In this document: positions 52,514 to 64,000 of the stretch, piece after piece
Position numbering within the stretch: the stretch's first letter is position 1
How the letters are laid out: every line of letters begins with the position of its first letter
Notes under the pieces: model-generated
Told to the model about the DNA's origin: nothing
The model's input: the letters and a program-made list of their open reading frames with translations, nothing else
Database searches by the model: none
Position numbers and translations under genes: made by a program
NCBI GenBank assembly: GCA_976551045.1
Contig: CDPCPM010000062.1
Location: forward strand, 4,588,001 to 4,652,000
Source: Glaucostegus cemiculus
Lineage: Eukaryota
Reading direction: 5' to 3'
DNA: 64,000 nt

Positions 52514-54197
52514 GAGCGCAAATTCAAAGGAAGTTGTCCTGGGCCTTTCTGTTTGGTAGTGAGTTATTGTGTGCTCATTCCGCTAAACAGTTCAGAAAAA
52601 AAATAATCGTATATCTGTTTGTTTTCGTTGTTCCTCCCCTTGAGCTTGTGTCTATGTATAATTGGTAGAGGAAGTCTTCAAATAATTCGCATTCCATAGG
52701 ATACAATAATTATACGGTGTAGGATTAATTGTTTTATAAATGCGAAGTGTGAATGTTTCTGCTTCTCTAGTCGTTACTATGTGATGGGTTGCACCACAAA
52801 TAATGATCCAATTGTTTCAATGGATAGTTTGCTCCGTAGGTATAATTTGACAGTCTTCAAATAAATGAACGTAGTAGATATGCCCACTTGCTAATGATAA
52901 ATATTGCATTGTATATGTCCATAATTTGCCTCAATTTTTTTGTTATTTTTGGCTAATTAAGAGGGCACAATATTCAGTTAGGTCGTCCCATCTTTTCCCT
53001 ACAAAGAAAACAATTATATTTGCTTTTATCTTGACATTCGTAGGATAAACTAAGCTTGGTTGGTAACGTTTTCGCTTTAAATTGAAGTTTTGAGGATAAA
53101 ACGTCTTAAATATATATTAAGATATACATTAATATATAAATTTAAAAAACAAGGTGCCCGATTTGTAAGAATTTAGCCTTTAACAAAAGCTGCCGAAAAC
53201 TTTTGTATTAAATAAGCTGTGAAAGGAAACTTAGCACTGTGAAATTGATCGGTAGATGTCCTTGTTTCAGAGAGAGAAAAAAATGGACTGTATACGTGGT
53301 AGGAATGACTATTTGGTTTCTGGGTCCATTAAATAGGGCAATTTTCACTAAATGCACAAGTAAAGACGTAGCTAGAGTCGGGTTTAAATTATAAAACATT
53401 CTTCATGATATTTATTGCAGCAAACCTAGTAATAGTGTCGGGCACAAAGCTCATGTTTTGATTAGGTGGATGACTATTTGTAAAGTGCGCTGCCTTTTGT
53501 TAGATAATGTACAGCATTTGCTAATCGAACCAACACAAAATGCTGTGTAAAAACATTATTTCCACGTAAATTGGGCACAAATCGACGTTTATATTCCAGT
53601 CGAAAAGGGGTTCTGGTTTAGGATGTAATTGTAATAAAGTGAATTGGAAAGATTTAAACGCATTTTCAATATACGTGACATGAGTTTTAAGAACGCGAAG
53701 ATTGGTTTGAGAGTTTAAGTGCGGGGTGGCTTCGAAATTTCCGCAGATGCACGAAGAACTCTAACATAATGAGCTATGTAGACAAAATATTTTTTTAAAA
53801 CAGCGTAACAGATGAAAAGAATTAGCATTTTGATTCTGTACGATACCATCCCTCCCCTGAACTAATCAGCGATGATACCAGAAGCGTACGAAAACCACAA
53901 GATGCATAACTAAAATTAAACCTAATTTTTAAAATTTCAAAACAAGCCAGTTACTAAGAAAACGTCGAGTCTTATCTGTATCAACATCAGCGCCAGCTTT
54001 TTAAAATAACAGCTCTTTTGGATTAAACAAATGTACTGTTGTGCGGCGTGGATTTTTTTTGAAAGATGCTCTTCTCATTGGTTTATGTGATTTATTCTAC
54101 GAAATGTAACGGTTAAGTTTGAAATGTGTGGTAGCCTTAATTCGACCCGAGGCCGATTTCCCCGTTCATCAGAACCACAGTCACACAGCCTCTGTCT

Positions 54198-54211
54198 CCA
54201 GAGGGTGGCGC
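54198..54211 (+). promoter_or_regulatory. Candidate CTCF motif (A6|A5 boundary) in the CpG-rich HoxA5 upstream region
   Basis: CCAGAGGGTGGCGC has two mismatches to the consensus. Confidence 0.45.
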
Positions 54212-54332
54212 GCAAGGACAACCCAAAGCGAGTGCTGGGAGCAGCCGGCGCGCCCCCGTGCGCGCGCCCCTCTTTCTTTCTTCCTCGCAACCTTCCAGTT
54301 TGTAGCCACAGTGCACGGATTTACCTCTAGAG

Positions 54333-54472
54333 NNNNNNNNNNNNNNNNNNNNNNNNNNNNNNNNNNNNNNNNNNNNNNNNNNNNNNNNNNNNNNNNNNNN
54401 NNNNNNNNNNNNNNNNNNNNNNNNNNNNNNNNNNNNNNNNNNNNNNNNNNNNNNNNNNNNNNNNNNNNNNNN
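54333..54472. other. Assembly gap (140 N) inside the HoxA5 promoter
   Basis: Run of N characters. Confidence 1.
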
Positions 54473-54531
54473 GACGCACAAACGACCAAGAGCCACAAAT
54501 CAAGTAAAAAATAAATAAATAAAAAAATCAA

Positions 54532-55111
54532 ATGAGCTCTTACTTTGTAAACTCATTCTGCGGTCGCTATCCAAATGGCCCGGACTACCAGTTACATAAT
54601 TATGGAGATCATAGCTCGGTGAGCGAGCAATACAGGGATTCTGCAACGATGCATTCCAGCAGGTACGGCTACGGTTACAATGGGATGGATCTCAGCATTA
54701 GTCGTCCAGCATCTAACCACTTTAATGCCAGTGAAAGATCTCGAAGCTACTCTGCAGCAGCAACAACAGCGGCAGCAGCAGGACCAGAAGCAGGAGCAGA
54801 CACCAGGTACAACCAACCTGCCACGTCCACTCAGTCTCCTTCACCTGACCCTCTGCCCTGCTCCGCCGTGGTCAGTCCGCCTGCCAGTGACAACCACCCC
54901 GGAATCAAAAACTCCATAGCAAGCCCAACTACCTCCTCAAATTCCAGCAGCAGCAGCAGTCAGATCAGTAGAGATGGGGTTGGCACGTCGCCTGGTACTG
55001 AGGATGAGACCCCGGCCAGCAGCGAACCTCCAAGTTCACAGAACGGGCAAGGCACAGCACAGCAGCAGCCTCAGATTTACCCCTGGATGCGAAAACTGCA
55101 CATAAGTCACG
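54532..55111 (+). CDS. HOXA5: HoxA5 exon 1
   Basis: [38 protein letters not shown] and [14 protein letters not shown]; donor CACG|gtaaac at 55112. Confidence 0.97.
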
Positions 55112-55544
55112 GTAAACTCCCTCCTCTTTCATCCTTGCATTAGTGGAATCTTAAATTACTTTACACGTTATAAATCAAAACGCTAAATATATACGCTAAG
55201 ATTTCTGTTATGGATCATAATATTTCTAAGTTGTAATTATATTTGGAACTATATACGGGATGGGATAATATTAGTAAGGGATCCAGTTACGTATCAGTAA
55301 TGTATGGGTAAAGAGGAATTGTTAGAGTGAAAAAGGTGTGGTTGATAATGGGACAGCTTCGTCCAAGTGGAGACTTCAACATTTTGTTCCAGTTAAGTTT
55401 CTAAAGTCATTTTGCTATCAAGGCATAGAAAGAGCGCAAAGGTTAACGCTGACAAGCGGATGCTAGATTTCAGTCTTCTGCATTCAGCTTGTGTTTATTT
55501 TTTTGTAGTGTATTTCATTTTAGACAATGTACTGATTGCACTAA

Positions 55545-55838
<294 letters not shown>

Positions 55839-57284
55839 TCAATAGAAGCAATGGGCAGTAGCTGACCAATTAGCATAATGTCAATACAGTACTGACTTCC
55901 AAAACTCTTTCCCCGTGTTACTTCTATGAAGAAAAGCATTTCCATGTTGCCGTATTCCAATCTTTGCATCGTTAGTCTGCTTTCTGGTCGTACTGTTGCC
56001 TGTACAAGTCATTGCTTACAGTATATTGTCTAGGAATAGGATAGCCTTGTGAATTATAGCTGTTTTAACTTATTTATATTAATACAAGCGGTATTACTTG
56101 AAGTAACTGTATAAAATCGTCCAGTAAAATGTAATTATGTGTTGCACTCTGCAAAAAAAGTGTATGTATGTGTTAGTGTTGCTAAATGTCAAAATAGCTC
56201 CAAGCTTGCAATACGTATTTAATTTCAGATCATCGTCCTCTGTATTTGATATCGTAGTGTTAAATCACTGAAATGCTACCTATTCTGTGTTATTAGTGAG
56301 CAGTGAATTTTGTGAAGGGTATTGCGACTTTGAACTGTATGTCTATGCTGTGCCTTTGTATGACTTTGCACGAATTCCAATAAGTGGCTCTTAGCGCAGC
56401 GTCGGTGTATGTTTTTTGTGACAAAGGATAACTATAAAGCCTAAAAGACTGGCAGTTTAAGAAATTAGTGATGAGCTTTTGTATTTGTTTTTAAAACTGA
56501 CTGGAAGTTAAAATAAAGTTTCTATAGTAACTTTCCTGCTGTTTAGCCTCCCATATAAGTATTTCTCTTACGTTTGTTGTCTTGTGAATTAAAATATTTC
56601 CACTGCAAACGTTTAGCATAGTTTTTGTACAAAACTCTTAAAAGAAGTAAAAGTTTGGCCTAATTTTTATAACTTTGCCCATTTCTCCAGATGAAAATTT
56701 TGCAGATTGGTTTACCACAGGGATTCAAGTTGCGCAAACTTATAAAGACGGGTCTGTAACAAACGCATTTCAAAATGTATGATTATTGCAAATGGCGGAA
56801 TTCGGTAGGAATTAGTACAGTGAATATTTAAACGTGGTGCTATATTGTAATTTGGTGCTTTTACGCATTTCGAAGTGAATACGTCCGCCTCTTGAATCCC
56901 AGTCCTTGCGCCCTGATTTTTGCGCACCATTTACTCAACTGTTCTTCTCCTGCTTAAACGCCAATTTCTTTGCTGCTGCTACTGCTGTTCTTGCGTTTGA
57001 ACCAACCTTTTTTATAGACCTGATTTCTCTGAAACTCTATAGTGTGGGCCTGAGGAAAAATTGCACGCTGAAGCATTTCAACCACTTTGTTCCGCAGGTA
57101 GGCGTTAGCCACGATCCCTCAACTCCCCTTCTAAAGTGTAGCGTAAACCTTTTCCAACAGGTATTTTCACTTTACAGAGTTAACTTTACTTACCGCGTGA
57201 AAGCAGGGCAGAAAAGTCACCTCTTAGCTCCTGACAGCAAGGGGGATCAGCACTTTCACCCTTTCTGCTGAGTGAGTGCTTGTC

Positions 57285-57656
57285 CTTGAAAGTTATAAAC
57301 AGTAAACTTTTATACACCTCAGTTCCGGCTATATGACATTTGGGTGCCAAATGAATAGGGTTTTGTCTATGAATTAGATCGTAAAATCATCCATAGCACA
57401 GACTGATAGCCTCACTGGCTATAAAAAATCACGTGGTGTCATTAAAGTAAGTTTTATGGTTTTGGGGAGTTGACAACCAACAGTATATTCTACATAACAT
57501 ATAATCTCACTGACGCTGGACTTCATTTGGCTCCTTTGCAGATTGCGTGTGCAGACAGGCCACTCAAATGGCTAATCTTCTTGTTCAGAGGACTATCCAC
57601 AGCTCCACAACTCCAGTATACAGGAAAGTTGTGTTTTCTTGCAAGACAAGGTAAAT
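57285..57656 (+). promoter_or_regulatory. Conserved element 3' of HoxA5 (Cdx-site enhancer / distal promoter with putative non-coding exon)
   Basis: CATTTGGgtgCCAAATG inverted repeat (57337-57353), cgtaaaa, ctataaaaa, CACGTG and ttttatgg; donor acaag|gtaaat at ~57651. Confidence 0.55.
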
Positions 57657-59503
57657 TTTGTTGAAATATTATCGTTGCAATTCGCAAAGAAATTTGGCCC
57701 AGTAACACAGGCCTTATGTAGCACCCAGAGTGCATTGAGGCAGAAATTAGTCTGGGTAAACTACGGGTTAGTTTCTTATTGCGTTCAAAGGAAGCTTCTA
57801 TTTTACAAACCAGGTCGAAAATAAAGAAAGATAAAGAAAGGGAATAACTTTGAGAGAGGAATATGGGTTCCATTAAAAAAAAATGTGTGTAACAGGTTTT
57901 TGGAAGATACGAGTAATTTTTACCGAAAGCTTCTGTTATTGTTCAATACTTCATACTGCGGATAGGATTTTTTCCCGCAAGCTCAGATGTGCTATTTTAT
58001 TTGCTTATCTGTGATTTGCTTGAGGGGAGTTTATGCGGCTGTTGTGACAAGTCCCTGTTGGTGTTGTTACAAAGTATATGTTTCAAATGTATTCATTGTC
58101 ATGCAGTTTAGGAACTTAACGGGCACTGATACTTTAATGACTAGGGTGTAAGTGTGGCTTGAGGAGTTCCAACATAAACTCAGTCTGCACACATGATCTG
58201 ATTAAGGTACACAAACTGTATTACATGATTCCTCCACGTAACCAAGCAAACCAACCCCTCCCCCCAGCCCACTCCTCGAAATTGTAATTTTAAACTTTTA
58301 TGGCGACAATCATCATTCTTTTGAGGAATGAAAGTAGAAGTAATATAACTAAAGATGTTACTGCAAATAATAACATCCTTACGACCTAAATTTAGGCATA
58401 TGTGCGACAGAAACACCAGATTTATTAAAAAAAACATTTGAAATACAACCAATTGAAGAGTTCCCGCAACTTTAACTCTAATTGTTGTAACAGCAACATT
58501 GGTTTTGGTGAATTGCAGGTTTCCCACAGTAGTGGCTGACGAACCATAAACTTTATGACCGATTTTTCATTCTTTGAAGCTTCCGCTAGTCTAGTGTGTA
58601 GATGGAGATTTACATGTATAATCTAAGGAAGAATGCTTGAAGATAGTACTTCTGAACAACGGAAGTTTTCTTTTCAAATTGAGAACAAAATTCATTAGCT
58701 CCTATGGGTATTCAGTTTTCATTTATAATGTCAAAGCTAGCTTATAGTATAAGAAGTGAAGATAATGGGCGGCCACTCGATTAAAGAGGCTGAAAGCAAT
58801 TACCCTCTAGAACTTACACTCAAAACATTCCACTGCAATTAGGTCCGTTTTACGATGTGCTATAAAAATCCAACAGTAAATAAAGGAAATCAGCCCCTGT
58901 ATCAGTACAGCAGTTCCGGATCGGCCATGTCAATCGCGTCAATCTGTTGTAATTTCCTTTGTATTAGTTTACATTTAAATATGACAGTTTAATATATCAT
59001 CTGTCCAGATCACTTAAAGGCTTCTTATAACAAGACAAAACGATCTTTAGTTTGTCAGTGTTAGAGTGGCGTTCAGACTAACATTACATATTACTTGTAA
59101 CAGTTACAATTGATTTACTTGCAATTGCATTCCTAAACATTAGTGATAATGTGTTATTTCGTTTCAAACTACTCAAAGGTTTATGCACTTGATATCATTT
59201 GCTGAACTTGGGGAAACATTTCATTTATAAAAAAAACAATCGACATTTCAAACTGGGCAAAAAAAATAGTTGGAGAGGGGGACATAATATAGGGTTAAAG
59301 GATTAAACCTATATATGTTATCTGAAATGTTAACTGCACACAACTGTGCAATGCAGATATTCTTTGGGGACCAATGATACAGAATGGTTTACGGTGCTCT
59401 CCTATAAGTGCAGACCATTGAGCTTTCCTCAGTAAGGTATCTATAGTTTCCTCCACTGCCTTCCTTCTACATTTAGTAAACCGTGTGTGTACATGTGGGT
59501 GTA

Positions 59504-59553
59504 AGAGAGAGAGAGGGAGAGAGAGAGAGAGATGGGGAGAGGGAGGGAGGGAG
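59504..59553. repeat. (GA)n/(GGGA)n purine repeat
   Basis: Direct inspection. Confidence 0.85.
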
Positions 59554-59747
59554 GATGCTTAACTAGTTTCTGAGGAGAACTGTGTGTATTTGCCTTTCAG
59601 AGGATTTCTTTCAGAGGTATGAGGCTGCCATTTTACGTGAACGTGAACAGATACATTTTTTTTAGATCATGGGTTCATTACTGAAGCGTCCTTTACAAAG
59701 TCTTCTTCAAGAAGACCCTTGTCCAAAGACATAGCACGCAGTGCAAA

Positions 59748-59761
59748 GGTTCAGTGGGTCA
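59748..59761 (+). promoter_or_regulatory. Perfect DR2 retinoic-acid-response-element consensus
   Basis: GGTTCA gt GGGTCA fits RGKTCA-n2-RGKTCA. Confidence 0.45.
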
Positions 59762-62150
59762 AACATAAATTATCAATAAATTCAATTTCTGACAGGACAG
59801 AATATTTTGTCTGAAATTGTAGTGAATGAATTTCCCTCCAAAAAAAGCTGTTTCGCAATTTATAACTGGGATATAAATTCAAAATCTTTTGTTTTCTTAA
59901 ATTAAAACCATTGGATAAGTTTTAGTTGAGGCGTTTAATTCAGAGCTTTAACGTATCATATCTTTACTCTTTAACACGTCATCTCATTAATCAGCGGTTA
60001 AAATTAAAAGCAGCTTCTGTACGGTTCAGCCAACAATTCTCTTATCGCGGAAAAAAATATAAATGCAAAACAAATGAAAAGTTGTGAGTGGTAAAGAGAT
60101 GGACGCCATAAAATCTGGAATGCGACGTGCTTACGTTTCGTCTGTGCTAAGGGCATCGAAAGGGCACCACGTTCTTCAATTGCAATCCATGCTAGTTTGT
60201 CTTTGGCTAGAATAGAAGTTTCCCTAAGATCAACAAATGAGATGCTTCATCTAATCCAGAGCAAGTTACAAGGATTTTAATGTAGTTAGTTTTTTTATCT
60301 ATAAAATTTATGCACTTTTATATTTTGTGAGACTGCGAAATATTTCTCGAGCCTCTTTCAGCGGATCTGGTGTTGTTGTTGTTGGTGGTGGGTGGGTGTG
60401 TAGGTGGTGGGGGGGGTGAAGTGAGAAACGACGGCTGGCAGTATTGAGATTTCCTATTTATGATTAAAGTAAGATAATTGACTTGGCGTTTATTACAGCA
60501 CAAAATAACTTAAAAGAGGGAGTGGTAATATTCCTTCTGTTTATGATACGTTACAGTACAGCTCTCCAAAAGGAGCAATAAACATAAATGCATGTGTGAT
60601 AATATTATCCACATGATAGCCTAATTTATCAGTTCAGATTGCCTAGCAAGCTGCAGAAGTGTTTCACCGATTGGTTTCCATTTTCGGTTGTATTTGGTCT
60701 ATCTATCTGACTCTTAGCGACGCAGTTAAATGGAATCTCTGAATTGTAAAGATGAAGGACGTTAACAGAAAGTAACACACATATGCTCTCAGGACTTCCG
60801 TCATGTTCACGTTTTATTTCTTTATTTTGTATGAAGTCCCTTGGCACGTTCATGGAATTAACTGTGTTTCAGTAGAGACAAATAATGATCTAAAGAAACA
60901 GATTGTTACTAAATGCGCTGCCATGAATTTTTCAGCCGTAAAGTTTTGACTGCAGTATGACCTTGTAGAAATAGAGAACTTGTTAAGTCTTCCTGAAATG
61001 GTTTCATTAATAACCGCTGTGTTTACTGGAATGGAAGATATTGTAATAAACGGCTGAAGGATTACGTTCATATCATTATGTCCTGCTACACTTGGAATGG
61101 GGGGAAAACAGGTGAACCCACTGAACAAATCATGATATCTTTTATTTTGTTACCATAGATGTGTCCTTCATAAAATAAGGGGGTGGGGGAGCAAATATAG
61201 TTATCAAGCACACCTTTTTTAAATAGGATAGTATTATCCAAAGATTAAAATAGCAACCTGAATTACTTATGTTTATGCATTTGTATTTGTCAACTTTCTG
61301 GTTTCTCTTGAGGAAGAAAGTGGTAAATTGAAACAATCTTTTAGAGGAAGTTCAATTAGAATCAATACGCAAAAGAAAATTTAACAAAGTTGATGATTTT
61401 CCCGCCTCCTTTTGATATTTTATGTTTGCTTCCTCTAGTACTTGCAGATGCGACGTAAGCTAATTAATAATGCATTTTTTTTCTTCAGAGCGAATCATTA
61501 AAGTCGTCCGTCTTTAGCAAGGAAGGTTAAAAAAAGCGCCCCTCTTTTACAAAAATATATAATTTGGATCGGGGATTATTTCATTGTTAGGGGGATTTTC
61601 GTTCCTTAAATCAGAAAGGGCATGTTTTCAGGAAAGAAAGGGGTATCTGCACACTCTGCGACTCACCAGCAGAGCTCGCTTTAGACCAAGTTCACAGTCA
61701 GTATTAGCATTGACTGGAAGCTCACGTATCCATTGTTCTATCAGTATAACAGAAAAGAACGAAAATGATAAAGTAAACTCATGCTAAATTGATCTGTTTT
61801 TTTTGCTATGCTATCTATAATTACATCGGCTGGCCGCTGCAATGATAAAAAACTTACCCACTTTGGCACATCCAACAAAATAAAGGAGCACTCGAATAAA
61901 CAGCTTGCAGACTGTTGAGGTTCATGCCATTTTTGAGATTAAAGGAACGTTTCACTTATGGGGAAACGGGCTGGGAAGGGGTTGGGTGTGGGACAGACGG
62001 GGAGGGGGTGGGGTCCACTTCTTTCGCTTTCCCAAACTTGAAATTAGCAGTACATCATGAAAATAGTGAACGAAAGGGGATATTATTTAGTCCTCAGTGG
62101 TGCTTTGAAAAAGGCTCCCTGTACGGTGGTTGGCAGGGCGGTACAACTAT

Positions 62151-62179
62151 AGGTCAAAAAGTTGAGGGTCAAAAGTTTA
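62151..62179 (+). promoter_or_regulatory. Tandem nuclear-receptor half-site array (RARE-like)
   Basis: AGGTCA aaa AGTTGA GGGTCA aa AGTTTA. Confidence 0.5.
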
Positions 62180-64000
62180 CGTTTTGCACGACTTGTAATC
62201 ATCTGCTCAGACAGAGTTTGATGTCAATGTTATAGCACGATCTTGACTATCAGCACAAAAGATAAAATAGCTTTGAGTTACCCGTGTATCATGCTATGGA
62301 CTCCAGGTGAACCCTAGCGACTGAACGACCTCAATTACTGACGAAAGGAAAGAAAAAAATGCTCTTTTCATGATCGAGACACATTGTATTTCATATTGAA
62401 AAATCGACCACGGTATTTTTCCTATCTGCTGTGTAAATGTAGCAGGTAAATCTTTCATAACTGTGCAAAAATCAAGAGACTTCTCTCTGAAAAATAATTC
62501 AGATGTTTTATTTAAGTTCGCAGTTTTCTGCATGGAATTACTGCTTTTTAGGGTTTCAAATATAGCAGCAGTCTGTCTGTCGAATTCCACTATACAACAG
62601 GGTACACAATCCACCCCAAGGCAAAGATCGACATCAATTAGATTTAGATTCATAGAAACCTTCTTAAAAAAAAGAAATGTAGAACAACTGCTGCTAATTT
62701 AGAATTAATGAACATTTCACAAGTACATATGTTTGAACTGACATCTAGTTTAAATCATAAAATTATATAGGTATGTGTCCTACTCTATATTTCTTTCAGT
62801 TCCGTTTTGTTCACTTCGATAGGAGTGTAGCATTTGGAAAAAAAAACTACGTCTAATGCTGTTTAAAAAAACTTACGTATTTCCTCAAATACCTTTATTT
62901 ATTTGAACAACTATTTGGCTATGCCTTACGTTCTTATTTTATCACCTCTAAAATATATTTTAGGAATGATATATACATCAGCCAGCATTAGAACTATTAT
63001 AGGTTAATGGTCAATGCTTAAAACGTATTCCAAATTAATGTTAGCCGTGCTTGCAATGTTTAAAGTAAACCACTAAATCACGGAAGAAGGACAAATTTTG
63101 TTTAGGGCATTAAATCCAGATATAATATTTTACACAAAATATAAGCATTGAACTGCACCGTTACCGTTTGGTGACACGAAAGATAAAGATCAGTCACGTC
63201 TTAGTTAAATATACTGCTAGAAAATATAAAACCATGTAAAAATGTTTGTTACATCTCTTGATTTTCACTGTATTTAGCAAATTACGAGTAACGAGTTACA
63301 ATGTATTTCGCAAAACAGTATTAGCATTCTACCTTGGAACTGGAGAATGTGTGCATTCGAAAATCATTAGCATACAGGTAATAGGTTAGTTAAAAAAAAA
63401 CAACAGCAGTTGCAGAGATAAACGAAAATAATGCTTGCTAAGAGCAGGCCAAATTGCACAGTCCGTATACCGAAAGTTTGCAAAGGAAAAACCATTTCAT
63501 ATGCGATACGAAAACAAATGCATTATTCAGTAGGTCAAGAAGCCATCTTTACTCGGAGTCCATATAACCTTCTCCCCCCTCCAACCGTCCCCCCCCCCCA
63601 TCGCATTCCCCTTGAAACTTACAATATTCCTTTAAAATACAGATTTCAGCATACATTTACTTCATATATACTTGGATAAATAGGAGTAAAACTGTTGCTG
63701 GAGTAAGAGACGCACTCAGAAAGGTGGCGGATTTTGGTGAAAGAGAAGAACGGCACGTTATAGTACAATCAGTACGAATGTAGAGAAGACAGGAATCCAT
63801 CATGCATACATTGACCCTTTTTTTCTCGCTGAAAAAGACGGGAAACTTATTTTAAACGAATAATTTCGTTTTGCAACGTTGACACTTGTTACTAGAATAG
63901 TTTATAAGAAATTAAATCGTATTTTTGAGCGGCAAAACAATGGATTAGGAACACTCGATTGGTGAAATTAGGAAAAAGGGCTTCGTGTCACAATTTTAAA

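Noticed and set aside
54119-54531. ORFs spanning the N run
   Set aside because: Artefacts of the assembly gap.

Overview
This is a eukaryotic (vertebrate) window covering the central-posterior part of a HoxA cluster, most likely from a cartilaginous fish. That inference rests on the full A11-A10-A9-A7-A6-A5 set, compact introns, slowly evolved proteins and a shark-type SINE tail. Six intact two-exon homeobox genes lie on the + strand: HoxA11, HoxA10, HoxA9, HoxA7, HoxA6 and HoxA5. A miR-196 hairpin sits between A10 and A9. The window also has many conserved non-coding/regulatory blocks, a few microsatellites, one SINE-tail relic and a 140-N gap. The main discovery is two decayed 'ghost' Hox genes at exactly their collinear positions. 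A HoxA12 relic lies 5' of HoxA11 (exon-1 remnant ~3643-3780, homeobox remnant ~5350-5526). A HoxA8 relic lies between A9 and A7 (exon-1 remnant ~38736-39150, homeobox remnant ~41004-41055), with a Hox8-type early-enhancer-like block surviving upstream of it. Both paralogs are absent as functional genes from known gnathostome HoxA clusters. All reference comparisons were made by eye from remembered Hox sequences and need computational confirmation.
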